This document shows positions 45,846 to 56,426 of a DNA stretch of 59,290 nucleotides, piece after piece; position 1 is the first letter of the stretch; every line of letters starts with the position of its first letter. The notes under the pieces were generated by a model. It saw nothing but the letters and a program-made list of their open reading frames with translations. It was not told where the DNA came from and made no database searches. The translations under genes were made by a program, and so were the position numbers. The DNA comes from Rhizaria sp. SCN 62-66 (lineage: Eukaryota), in assembly GCA_001724265.1 (NCBI GenBank), contig MEDY01000162.1, forward strand, positions 1 to 59,290, read 5' to 3'.

Positions 45846-47732
45846 ATGTTCGTCAACAAGGCCAAGGCGGGCCGCAACCAGTCGGAGACTGATCCGGAGC
45901 GTATCTTTAAGCTCAAAGAATGCAGTGACGTACTGCTAGCCGGTGGCTACTTTCGCGCGCGTATTCCGACGCTGTCCCCGTTCGACAAAGTGATCGGCGG
46001 CATGGTGTGGTCGATCACCGCGAGCAACGTCGACCTCGACGTCGACCTTCTGTTCGAGGAGAACAGCACCATCGGTCAGCGCATTCGTCTGTCCGAAAAC
46101 ATCGTCAAGGCGCTGATCAAGATGCAGGGCCCCGTGATCCAGTCGCACCAGATCCAGGGTCTGGACTACGACCACATCTACCCCGTGCTCAAGTGGCTCG
46201 TGCGCAAGGTGATCGAGACGCGCGCGCTCACGGGCGACGAAGTCCGCGCGCTGTCCATCTCGCAGTACCAAAAGAACTACACGCCAATGCCCGCGGACGT
46301 GAAGCCCGACGCCGGGCTGGCCTTCGTTGCCTCCGTCATGGGCGAGTACAAGGCGCAGCGCAAGTACCGCAAGCGGGAGGCTGCGACGTTCGAGTCCGAG
46401 GTCGGCGAGGTCGAGGCCACGCTGCTCGAGTATGACGAACGCGTCCACAACCTCGCCGCGGCTGTTGACCTGGAGCAGGAGGACCGCCGCCGCGAGCGCG
46501 AGGCCCGCATGCGCGGCACGGACCCCACTGCGGCCGCGGGCGACGACGAGGCCTCCCGCGAGGCCGAGGCCGCGGCGCGCGCCGAGGCCGAGCAGCGGCT
46601 GTCCGCACTGCAGCAGCAGCTTGACGCGCACGGCGGCGGCGACAAGGTCTCGGGCTCCGCGCTGGGCACGCTGGTCTCGATGCGCGCTGGCGACATCCGC
46701 GACGCCTCGGCCGCCTACGAGGCGCAGCTGCGCGCCGCCGCGGTCGCCGCGGGCGCGGACGGGGACGCCGCGGCGGCGACGATGTTCGTCTCGGCCAAGG
46801 ACGTCAAGAAACAGGAGGAGATGCGGCACAAGCGGCAGGTCGACGGGCTGAAGCGGCGCGTGGCCGAGGCCGAGAAGGCTTCGCAGGCGCGCCTGTCCCC
46901 GCTCGAGGACGTCACGGCGCGGCTCAACGCCGTGCGCGCGCTGCTGGGCGACAAGGAGGGCGAGGTCGCGCGGCTGCGCGGGGCGATTGCGGAGATGGAG
47001 CTGGTGGAGCAGGCCGCCGACAACAAGGAGATCATCGCGAAGCTGCGCAGCCTCGTCGTACTCAACGAGGCGCTCAAGAAGCAGGAGGCCGAGTTCAAGG
47101 CCTCGTGCCGTGCCGAACGGGAGCGGCTGCTGGCGCTTATTGCCGCCGTCGACGCCGCGGGGCAGGACGAGGAGGCCGCGCGCGCCGCAGAGGTCGAGCG
47201 CATTTTCGGCGCCGACGCGGGCAAGCTCGCCAAGCTGCGCCAGCTGCTGGCCGGCAAGAACCAGGAGATCGCCAAGACGAACCGACTGATCGACGAAGTA
47301 CCCACGCGCGCAGAGCTGCTGCAGTTCGAGCGGCGCTTTGTGGAGCTGTACGACATGCTCGCCGAGCAGTTCGTGGAGATGCGCAAGTACTACGACATGT
47401 ACAATACCCTCAACACAACGTACGGGTACTTGCAGACGGAGCTCACGATCCTCGAGTCGATCAACGGCAACTTCAACAAGGGCATGGCGACGGCGGCGAC
47501 GCAGACGACGATGCTGGGCCAGTTCGCGCAGATGCTCACCTCGGTCGACGCGTGCAAGGAGCAGGCGCAGAGCGCGCTCGACGAGGTCAAGGCCAAGGAG
47601 GAGGTGCTGGAGGAGAAGTTAGGCCGCATGGTCGATCGCCAGCGTGCGTACTTCAAGGCCGTCAAGGAGTTCCAGGAGGAGTGCACGCTCAACGAGAAGC
47701 TCGCCGCCGCGCTCGAGGGCAAGGCCGCGTGA
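45846..47732 (+). CDS. CCDC93: Coiled-coil domain-containing protein 93 (CCC/Commander complex)
   Basis: LLAGGYFRARIPTLSPFDKVIGGMVWSI, DLLFEENSTIGQRIRLSE, HQIQGLD, IDEVPTRAELLQFERRFVELY, RAYFKAVKEFQEEC. Intronless. Stop TGA. Confidence 0.93.
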   Translation: MFVNKAKAGRNQSETDPERIFKLKECSDVLLAGGYFRARIPTLSPFDKVIGGMVWSITASNVDLDVDLLFEENSTIGQRIRLSENIVKALIKMQGPVIQSHQIQGLDYDHIYPVLKWLVRKVIETRALTGDEVRALSISQYQKNYTPMPADVKPDAGLAFVASVMGEYKAQRKYRKREAATFESEVGEVEATLLEYDERVHNLAAAVDLEQEDRRREREARMRGTDPTAAAGDDEASREAEAAARAEAEQRLSALQQQLDAHGGGDKVSGSALGTLVSMRAGDIRDASAAYEAQLRAAAVAAGADGDAAAATMFVSAKDVKKQEEMRHKRQVDGLKRRVAEAEKASQARLSPLEDVTARLNAVRALLGDKEGEVARLRGAIAEMELVEQAADNKEIIAKLRSLVVLNEALKKQEAEFKASCRAERERLLALIAAVDAAGQDEEAARAAEVERIFGADAGKLAKLRQLLAGKNQEIAKTNRLIDEVPTRAELLQFERRFVELYDMLAEQFVEMRKYYDMYNTLNTTYGYLQTELTILESINGNFNKGMATAATQTTMLGQFAQMLTSVDACKEQAQSALDEVKAKEEVLEEKLGRMVDRQRAYFKAVKEFQEECTLNEKLAAALEGKAA

Positions 47733-48201
47733 GTGACTGAATGACTATGATTATGTTGTAGCGTGTTACACTGTTTGATATCGTTGCAGTTTACTCGTTA
47801 TTGTGTCCGTTTATCTTGAAAGTTCGGGCCATGAATTGTAGCTTGACTTCACATGCTTAGACAATAAAAATATACGTTCTGAATCATTACAGTTAGCATA
47901 GAGTTAAATTTTGGAGAATATTAACACATGTATTCGAAAATGACTTCGTTTGACTGACAACGAGGCGAGTCGAGATAGTGCGAATAAATCGGCTGGCCCA
48001 GTCGGGTCAGTGAACACGTATTAATATCGCTGTCTCTTGTTCATGAATGAACATAGCTTGCGCGAAGCTAAGGAGAATGCAAAGAAGTTCGAGAGGAACT
48101 GCGTTGTTCGGCGAAGAAGCCGTCTGCATTCACATCATGTGACAACAAGATAGTGACAGGGGGGGTGATTTTGCGTTTGTTTGTTCGTGAAATGAGAAGT
48201 G

Positions 48202-48418
48202 GACTCTGCGTGACTCATAGCGTAACCAGAGCGCATGTGCTGCACACGTCACATCAGGTGACGGGTGCAACACATAAGCCGCGGCTACCGCTAGGGCACG
48301 GGGTCGAAAGAGGATCTTTGTGTGATTCAGAGTGTAAAGAGAGCGCATGTGCTGTACACGTCACGGAAGATGACGGGTACAATACATGAGCACGCGTTAC
48401 AGCTATGTCACATTCAAA
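48202..48418. ncRNA. Two tandem ~100-nt imperfect hairpins (pre-miRNA-like), period 112 bp
   Basis: Copies at 48202-48305 and 48317-48418 each fold into one long stem. A 25-nt arm segment is 24/25 identical between copies and its one change is compensated in the opposite arm. ncRNA status is inference. Confidence 0.5.
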
Positions 48419-48665
48419 TGAGTGCCTGTTGAAATTGCTCACAATTATGCGGCATGCGTTAGTTCTAATGCAATGAGAAAAAGCTTGATAGAATGAGAAA
48501 AATGATGACATTAACATTGTCGGAATTGACAATAAAGGCGAAATACGAAATGATTTCGAGACACACCCGGAAAAGTCCGTGTGCAAGAATCAGCAACAAT
48601 TAAGTGTTGAGAGAAGCATTGTAAGAGTTAACAAGATGTTTACAAACATACTGCAACAGTTGAGC

Positions 48666-51600
48666 TTACAGATGCATGAATGACTGGAGATCGGCCGCGG
48701 GAACCACGAGATTGTTCGCCCTCATGTAGGCGATGAACGACGCCCACTCGCCGGTTTTGCTGGCGCTGCCGCTGCCGCGCGCCTGCTGCGGGGCGAACGT
48801 CGAGCAGTCGCAGATGATGATGAGCCCGCGGCGCGCGCGCGTGAGCGAAACCTACACGAATACAACACGAAAAACAAATCCGTAATAGAAGTTAGAAATC
48901 ATCTCAATGAATGAAATAGGAAACAAAACAATGATATTACGAGTGATATTACGAGTGATACAAGCTTCGAATGAAACGTACGTTCATTCGCCGGCGGTCC
49001 TTGACGAAGCCGATTGAGAACTGCTTGGAGCGCACCATGGACATGATCATCAGGTCCTTCTCGTGGCCCTGGTACGCGTCGACCGAGTTTACCTCGACGG
49101 CCTGGTCGAACAAGCAGGCCGTCTCGGCCGTGCCCGCGAGCGCGCGCGCCACGTCCTGCCGCACGCCGCGGTCGCGGTCGAGCGCGCGCAGCAGCCCGCG
49201 GATCTCGCCGCACTGGCCCGCGTACGGCGTCACGATGCCCACGCTTAGCGGCGTCGCGTCGCCCGGCGTGGTTGTGCCTCCCGAGGCAGCGCGCCGCGGC
49301 AGGGCGCTCTTCTGCGCGAGCACGGCGTGCGCGGCGACGCACGCCGCGAGCGCGGCCTCGGCGTGGTTGACCCAGCTGCAATGAGCGCCGACGGCCGCGC
49401 TCACGCAGAGGCCGTTCTACACCGTCCTCTTGCCGCCGCCCAGGGCCGCAAGCAGCGCCTGCGTGGCGCGCGACGCGGCGGCGGGCAGCGCAAACGGGGC
49501 GCTGGTGTCAATCAACACCATGGGCGAGTGCGTGAAGGGCGGCACCGGGGGCTGTCGCGTAGTCGGCCGGCTGGAAAACCAGGTGAAGCCACGCACGGGC
49601 GGGCGGTCCTGGTCGATAAAGCCGGGAGTCGTGAGCGCGCCGCTGTAGAACGTGCGCGAGGACCACACTGCGAGCGCCGAGTGCATGCGGTGCTGCCGCA
49701 GCAGCATGCAGCCCGTCGGCACGAACAGCCGCGCGACAGACGCTGTTGCTGCCGCGGCACGAGTCCCAGGCGCCGCCGCCGCGCGGGCCGCGGCGATTTT
49801 ACGCAGTAGCGTGGGCGTGCATGCGAGGCGCGCAAACATAGGCGAGTCCGCGCCCAGCAGCATGCCGGCCTCGTCGCTGCCCGCGCCCGCGATCGGCGGC
49901 AACTGGCAGTGGTCGCCCACGAACGCCACGCGCGCGACGGCACCGACGCCCGCCGCGCCCCACGCGCAGAGCTGCGCCCGCGTCGCGTACGTGCGAGACG
50001 TCGTCAGGTCGACGGCGGCTGCCATCAAGGTACACTTGGAGGCGATGCGTTCGCCGTTCCGGGTGAGCTTCTGCGCAAGGTTCTCGAGCTCCCAGCCGGC
50101 CGCGGTGGGCTCGGTGCGCGCGAGCAAGGATAAAGGCAGCAGTGCCGCGCGCTCGGGCGCCTGCGAGGCTTCGTCGACAATGACGAGAGAGAAGCCGGAC
50201 TCGCTCTTCTTGCTGTTGTTGAGCGACAGCGCCGCGCGGCGACGCTCCTGCTGCGCGTAGGCCGCGGGGCTCGAGTGGCTGTACTCGCGCTGCGCAAGGA
50301 CGGCCAGCGGCACCTTGCTGTGCTTCTTGGCGAGCGCGCAGGCGAGAGGCGTCCCGTAGTTGTCCGGACGGCGCTGAGTGCAGCCGACGCAGGTGCCGGC
50401 GATCACGTCCGCGGTCATGACGAGCTTGTTTTGGAGCTCGCGTACGTTGACGGTGCTGCCCTCGCGCAGGGCGCGGCCGAGCGACTCGCTGAGCTCGAGC
50501 AGCGTGGCGGCCCACACCAGGCAGCTGGAGCGCGCCAACGCGGGCACCGCCGTCCACACGGGGCCCGGGACGCGCGGCAGCTCCACAGCGGACACGACGG
50601 GCGGGTCGGCGGGCGCGTGGGCCGTGAGCGGAAACTTGCTCCGGAGCAGTTCGAGCACAGTCGTCAGCACGGGCAGCGGCAGCCAGTCGGCCGGCCTGAA
50701 GACGGCCTTCACCGGCGCCGGCGGCAGAGCGAGCGCCTCCGGCTTTGCCGTTGGTGTTGACAGTGACAGGGACGCGAACCGGGTAGCAAGCTATGATTTT
50801 GCTGGCTGCGCAGGGATCAGGATCTGATGCTGCTCATCATCCTTTTTGTCGTCCTGCTTACCGTCCTGCTTATCGCCCTGCTTCTTTGCGGCCTTGGGGC
50901 GCGCTGCAACCTTCTTATCACGCTTCGCAATGAAGCCCGACGCATAGCCGTGAAGTTGGAGCCGCACCAGCAGGGCCTTGCTGCCTTTCTCGAAGCGGAG
51001 CTGCTCGACGGCGTCCTGCACGTCCGGCGTGGCGAAGCTCTCCTCGTTGGCTACAGCGGCCGCGAGCGCCCGCTCGGCGGCGTCGCGCGCGCAGTGAAGC
51101 ACCAGCAGCGCGGCGCGCAGCGGGGCGCCCACGTCGAAGCTGTTGAGGACCTGCAGTTCGAGCGAGTTTGCCTGCAGCCCCGGCAGCAGCCCCGTGGCCT
51201 TGGCGCGCTTCGCGGATTCGCGCAGGTGCGCCTCGACACGGGCGGGTTCAAAGCACACCTCCTCGGGGCGCGGCGCGCTGACGTCACCGCTGACGCCGCG
51301 GGGGCAGAAGTGTTCGAGTGCGGTGTCGAGATAGGACGTGGACGCGGGGCACAGACTCGAGGACGCGCGGTCGCCGCTCTCCCACAGCACGTGCCTGCCC
51401 CTCGTGCGCTTCGGAGCCACTGCGCCGGGCAGCAGGTACGTCTGCGCGATCTCGCCCAGGAACCCCCACGGCACAAGCCCCGGCGAGTTCACCCCTGGAA
51501 CGCCCCCGTAGAGCGCGCCGGCGCCCGGGAGCGCGGCCGTCTCTGCGAGCCAGAAGGGCCGCGGGTAGGCCGCGGTCGCGCACATGACGTTCTTGCCGAT

Positions 51601-54600
51601 GCGCACCACGCGCAGCGGCGCCAGCTCCAGCGCCGTCGTCGGGTACACCAGCGACAGGACCGTGCCGGCGCCGCGAGTGTGCCGCGCCTCGGCCTCCACC
51701 GCAGCCCGCCTTGTCACCGCGGTGGCAGCGATGTTGGCAGCGGCGGCGGCGGCCGCGTCGGCGGCGGTCAGACTGCGCACCACCGCGGCATCGGCCTGAG
51801 CGGCCAGGACGCGCACGCGGTCGGTCAGCAGGTCCAGCGCGGCGTTGGAGTAAGCAGACAGCAGCACGCGCGTGGGCGCGACGTTCGCCTCCGGTCCGGC
51901 GGGCGCGCGCAGCAGGGCGCCGCGGACCCAGAGCCAGACCGCGGCCGAGATGGTCTGCGTCTTGCCTGTGCCGGGCGGGCCCTGGATCACGTTGAGCGAC
52001 GGCGCGCTCAACAGAGCCGCGGCCTCGCTGGCGGCGCCGTTAACGGCGGCGGCGAGCGCGGCGCTCGACTCACGCGGCTCGAAGAGGACGTTGCTAACGG
52101 CCGTGCGCTGCGACGCGTTGAGATCCAGCGCCGCAAAAAACGGATACCACATCTGCTCCGTCGCAGGCGCGGCCGCCGGAGTTGCGGGGACGCCGCGGGG
52201 GGGCGCGGCTGGCGGCGCGAGCGCGGGCGGCGGCGGGACGGAGAGGGAGATCTCGCGGAGCATGTCGACGGTGGTCTGGCGCAGGTGCAGCGCCATCGCG
52301 CTCAGCGGCTGCTGCGCGCCGGGGCAGAAGCCGTCGAACGAGTGCAGCTGCGTGTACACGGCGGGCCAGGCCGTCGCGACGCCGTCGGGCGTGAGCTGCA
52401 TCAGCGGCGGACACAGCAGCCGCAGCAGCGCAAGCAGCACGGCCATGTCGTCCGCCTCCAGGTCAGTACTATTGGGCTGGCAGAGCTTGGTCGCGGCGCG
52501 CCCCATCCCGGCCAGCCCCGACAGAGTGAAGGAGAAGCGTAAAAGCGGGGCGTCGTCCGCGGCGATCGCGGCGGCGTTGCCGTCAGAGAAGCTGAGCGGC
52601 ACGGTGACGACGACAGTCTTGACATTGGTGCCGTGGACGCATCGTCGCACCGCGGCCGCGACCGCCTGCAGCACCGCCGCGCCTGCGGCCTCGCCCACCG
52701 CGACCGAGACGCCCCGCGGGAACGACAGCGGGCCGGACGTGCGCTGCAGCCGCTGCAGGCGCGTGGCCACTGCGCGCAGCAGCCAGGGCAGGACGCGGCG
52801 CAGCGCGGGCTCCACGATCAGCGCGAAGGCGGCGCGGCGCGCTGCAGGCCACATGCACAGCCACGGCTGCTGCAGCAGCTCCACCACCTCGGTCACGCTG
52901 TCGCCCCCGCTGAGGGCGTTGCCGGCGCCGACTGCGGGCGTGAAGCCGGCGAGCGCGGCCACCGCGGCAGTCTGTGCCGAGGACGCCTCAAGGCCACGGC
53001 CGAAGTTACGGACACGACCACGGTCGCCCCCGTTGCTGCTGCCGTTGCGGTGATGCTTGATAAAGGCGGAAAACGGGGTGGGGTCGCCGCGGCGCACGGG
53101 GGCGCCGACGCTGAGGCTCGAAGCCGTGAGTGCAACGTCAAGGGGACTTTGCGTGCGGCCCTCAGAGTGATCTTCCTCGCGAGCATCATCGCCCTCGCCG
53201 TCGTCATCACTGTCAGACGAGTCGCCGGCGCCGGGGAGGCCGAGGCGGCGCTCGAGGCCGCCGCGCGGCGCGAGCACGCGGATGGCCCGGCGGATGCGCC
53301 GCGAGACGTCGAGGCTGGCGCCGAACTCGAGCGTGAGCCCCGCGCCCAGCCGCCACGGGAGCGAGGCGGGGGCCGCGGCGCTGAGCCCGGACCGCGCGAC
53401 GGCGTCGCCGGGCCGCAGCGGCGCCGCCATCGATGTGCCCAGCGCGGCCGTCCAGATCGTCTCCAGGTGCGCGCAGTGGCCGCAATGCGCTGCGCAGGGC
53501 GGCCGGGCCGCGCTCGCGCGCGCGCGCACGCCATCGTCGTCGCCGTCGAACAGAGCGCGGCCGCCCGCGAGCAGCGCCGCGCTGCGGACGTCCACGCGCG
53601 CCTGCATCGCGCTAGGCAGTGGGGGCAACTGGGGCAACGGGGGCGGCGCCGCCGTTCGCCCGGCGACCAGGAGGCCCGGTGCAGGGCGGCCCTCTGGCGC
53701 GGAGGCCGCGCGGCAGAGCGCGCGGAGGTACGCGTGCGGGGCCGTGACCTTGACGTCGATCTTGACCGTGCCCGTCGCAGTCGCGTCGTAGGTCCGGATG
53801 ACGACGCCCTCGATCGGCGCCCAGGGCAGCGGCGGCGGACACACGGCCTGCGGCGGCAGCGCCAGCGGCGCGCAGATGCCCGCGGCAGAGGAGGACGCGC
53901 GCCGCTGCGATGTAGTCGTGGCCTTGGTCGTGGCCGCGGCCGCCGCCGGAAGTGTGAATGGGTTCCACGAGCAGCGCGCCGACGCACATCCGCACTGTGC
54001 GTTGCTGGCGCTGCTGCTATTGCTGCTGCTGTTGGTGGGACCGCCACTAAGAGCGGCGGCAGCGCCCCCGCGAGCCCAGTTGTCTTCGTCCACCGAGATC
54101 ACCGGCGACGGTGGCACCGCCGCCGCCGTCGCCGCCGCAGAGCCCGCGCCTCCCGCCGCGCCCGAGTCCGCGTGCTGTGCGCGGCTCCAGAAGGCGTTGA
54201 CTGTGGGCCGCGCGCCCGTGAGCGCGGCGTAGCGAGGCGGCATTGCGGGCGCGGCCAGCGCGCCGGCGGCGTCGATGGAGCGCGCGAACGCGATCGCGAC
54301 CTCGCTTTGCTCGTGCACTGCGGCAAATAAAAAGGGCTTGGCCAGCGCACTCTCCCAGGTCCCGGCCGCAAGGGGCAGTGATAGCCAGACGACGGCTCCG
54401 TTAAGCGGCGCTGCGCCGACGCCCGGCAACGCGATGGACCCCGGAAAGCACTCGACGGGCGGGCGTGGGGCGCGGACGCGCGCGCGGAGCTGCTGTTGCT
54501 GGCGCTGCTGCTGCTGGCGCTGACTCAGCTGCTGGTGCAGCTGCCGCTGCTGCTGCCGCGCGTCGGGCGGGTCGAGCACGAACTCGCGCGTGCCGTTGAC

Positions 54601-55734
54601 GTGCAGCGCGGGCGCGGCGGCCTCCGCGCGCGGCCGGCGCACGCGCACGCCGGTGAGTGCGGCGCCCGCCGTGGCCGCGGGCACGATCAGCGTGAGGACG
54701 CTCTCGCAGGGCAGCCACGCGCACGCGCAGTCTTCGCCGCTGCAGCGCGCGCTGCGGGCCTCGCCAGACCAGCGGGAGAGCGGGCACGCGCCGGGGAGCT
54801 TGTTTCCTGTCTTCTTGTTGTCCGGTCCCGGCTTCTTGTCGTCGCGGCCGCGTTTTCCTGTCCCTTTGGCGGCCTTGCCACCGTCCCTGTCCGACATTGA
54901 GACCGAGGCCGCGCTGCGCAGGGGCGCGTAAGCGCAGGGGAAGTCGAGCCGGCCACGCGCGTCACCGCTGAGGCTCGACGCGCCCGAGGCGCGCACCTCC
55001 AGCGCGGGCTCACCGAAGTACTCTGCCCGCTCCGCGCGCTCTGCCGCTTTCGAGTCACCAGTGTCACCGGTTCCTGCGCCTGGGCCGGAGCCGGCTCCGG
55101 AGCGGCCGAGCCGCACCTGGAGGGACTCGAGCAGCGGCAGCGGGAGTGTGGCACCCGATGCGGCCTCGGCGGCCACGCGCGCGGTGCGCAGCGCCGTCTG
55201 CACTTCGAGCTCATCGCAGGTCAACATATGCACGAGATACATGCGAGTGCGCTCAGCGAACGACGGCAGCGCGAGTCCGCCTCCACCAGCCGCGAGGCTG
55301 GGGCACTGGTGCTCGCGGAGAGTCTGGCGCAGCGCGGCGGCAAACAGATCGGCGCTGGGAAGCGCGAAGTCGACTTCGGGCAGGGCGATCGTGGTCGCTG
55401 CGGAAAAAAAAAGGAGGGTGATGCGTAGATGCGATTGTGGTGAGATTAATTTTTTATAATTTCTTGGTTGGAACTGCCGGTTTAAACGTAATATTTCAAC
55501 TGCTTATAATATATACGTTTCAATACTCCGGGAGAAAAAAAGCCTATATTCAAATTGTTGACATTTGTGGGGTGATTTTGGCTCAGCAGGCTCGGCGCGC
55601 TACGTACCTCGAGCAGCGGTTGGAGGGATAATGGCTTTCGGAGGCTCTACATTCTCTTGAGGTACGCCAACGGCGTTTGCGTTGGGAACTTGTGCCCGGT
55701 TGGGACGCTATCCTCGTATGGATCGATTCAACAT
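48666..55734 (-). CDS. Superfamily 1 UPF1/SEN1/DNA2-like helicase; 3 in-frame TAG
   Basis: Exons 55734-55608, 55397-48982, 48851-48666 (2242 aa). LNASQRTAV, QGPPGTGKT, SAYSNAALD, IVDEASQA, VGDHCQLPP, RQHRMH, IVTPYAGQ, SVDAYQGHEKD, RRMN|VSLTRAR in order. TAG at 55708-10, 50791-93, 49417-19. Stop TAA. Confidence 0.88.
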
Positions 55735-56426
55735 GAGGTTGAAAACGTGGGTTTAGTTCAAAAATGCTTACGCACGAACCAACACACTGACGCAATTGGA
55801 GGTCGTGATGAAGAAGAGAGAATTGTGAGATGAAATCAAGAGAAAGCATATTTAAAATATTTGTGAACAACTGTAAACAAATATTTGTGCTTGCTTTTGA
55901 CAGATTTGATGCACTAACATGGACATATCATGGCCTAGAACCTGCTGAATATCGTTTGGTTACTCCCTGGGCCAGTTTGTGGTTGCGCAAAAAAAGGGGA
56001 CGCAGTGCTGACCACAAAAGCACAATACTTACTGTACTAATAGAGTATGAACTTGGAATGCAGCAAATGATAGAAACAAATAGCAAACTAAACTAAAGTT
56101 GTAATAAAGTAACTTTAATGAACGGAAAAACGACTTTGGTCAACAGGAAGTGAGAAAACGACTGTAGCAAGAAGATTGCCGTGTTGCACTTGCTTACTGT
56201 TCGAGCCGTTCGTGGTCCAGAGTGAGCCTTAAACATTATGGTCATGAATATAATATAGCGTTACATATGTATTTCGAATAATTACCCTCACATCACCAAT
56301 AAGAACAACAAACAATCACAACAAGCGAGAAAGAGAGAGAGCTCAAATAACGCGCTAACTAATTCTCACCATGGTCATCTTGGTCACACCTCGAAAGCAG
56401 CCAGTGCTGCAGCAGCGGCGGCAGGC

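Noticed and set aside
48202-48418. CRISPR array or tRNA interpretation of the repeat
   Set aside because: Eukaryotic context, only two units, no spacer structure, and no cloverleaf or TTC arm.
19562-55710. TAG-containing genes as pseudogenes or sequencing errors
   Set aside because: All eight lesions are the same codon, with no frameshifts or TAA/TGA; conserved motifs and splice sites are intact; and no gene ends in TAG.
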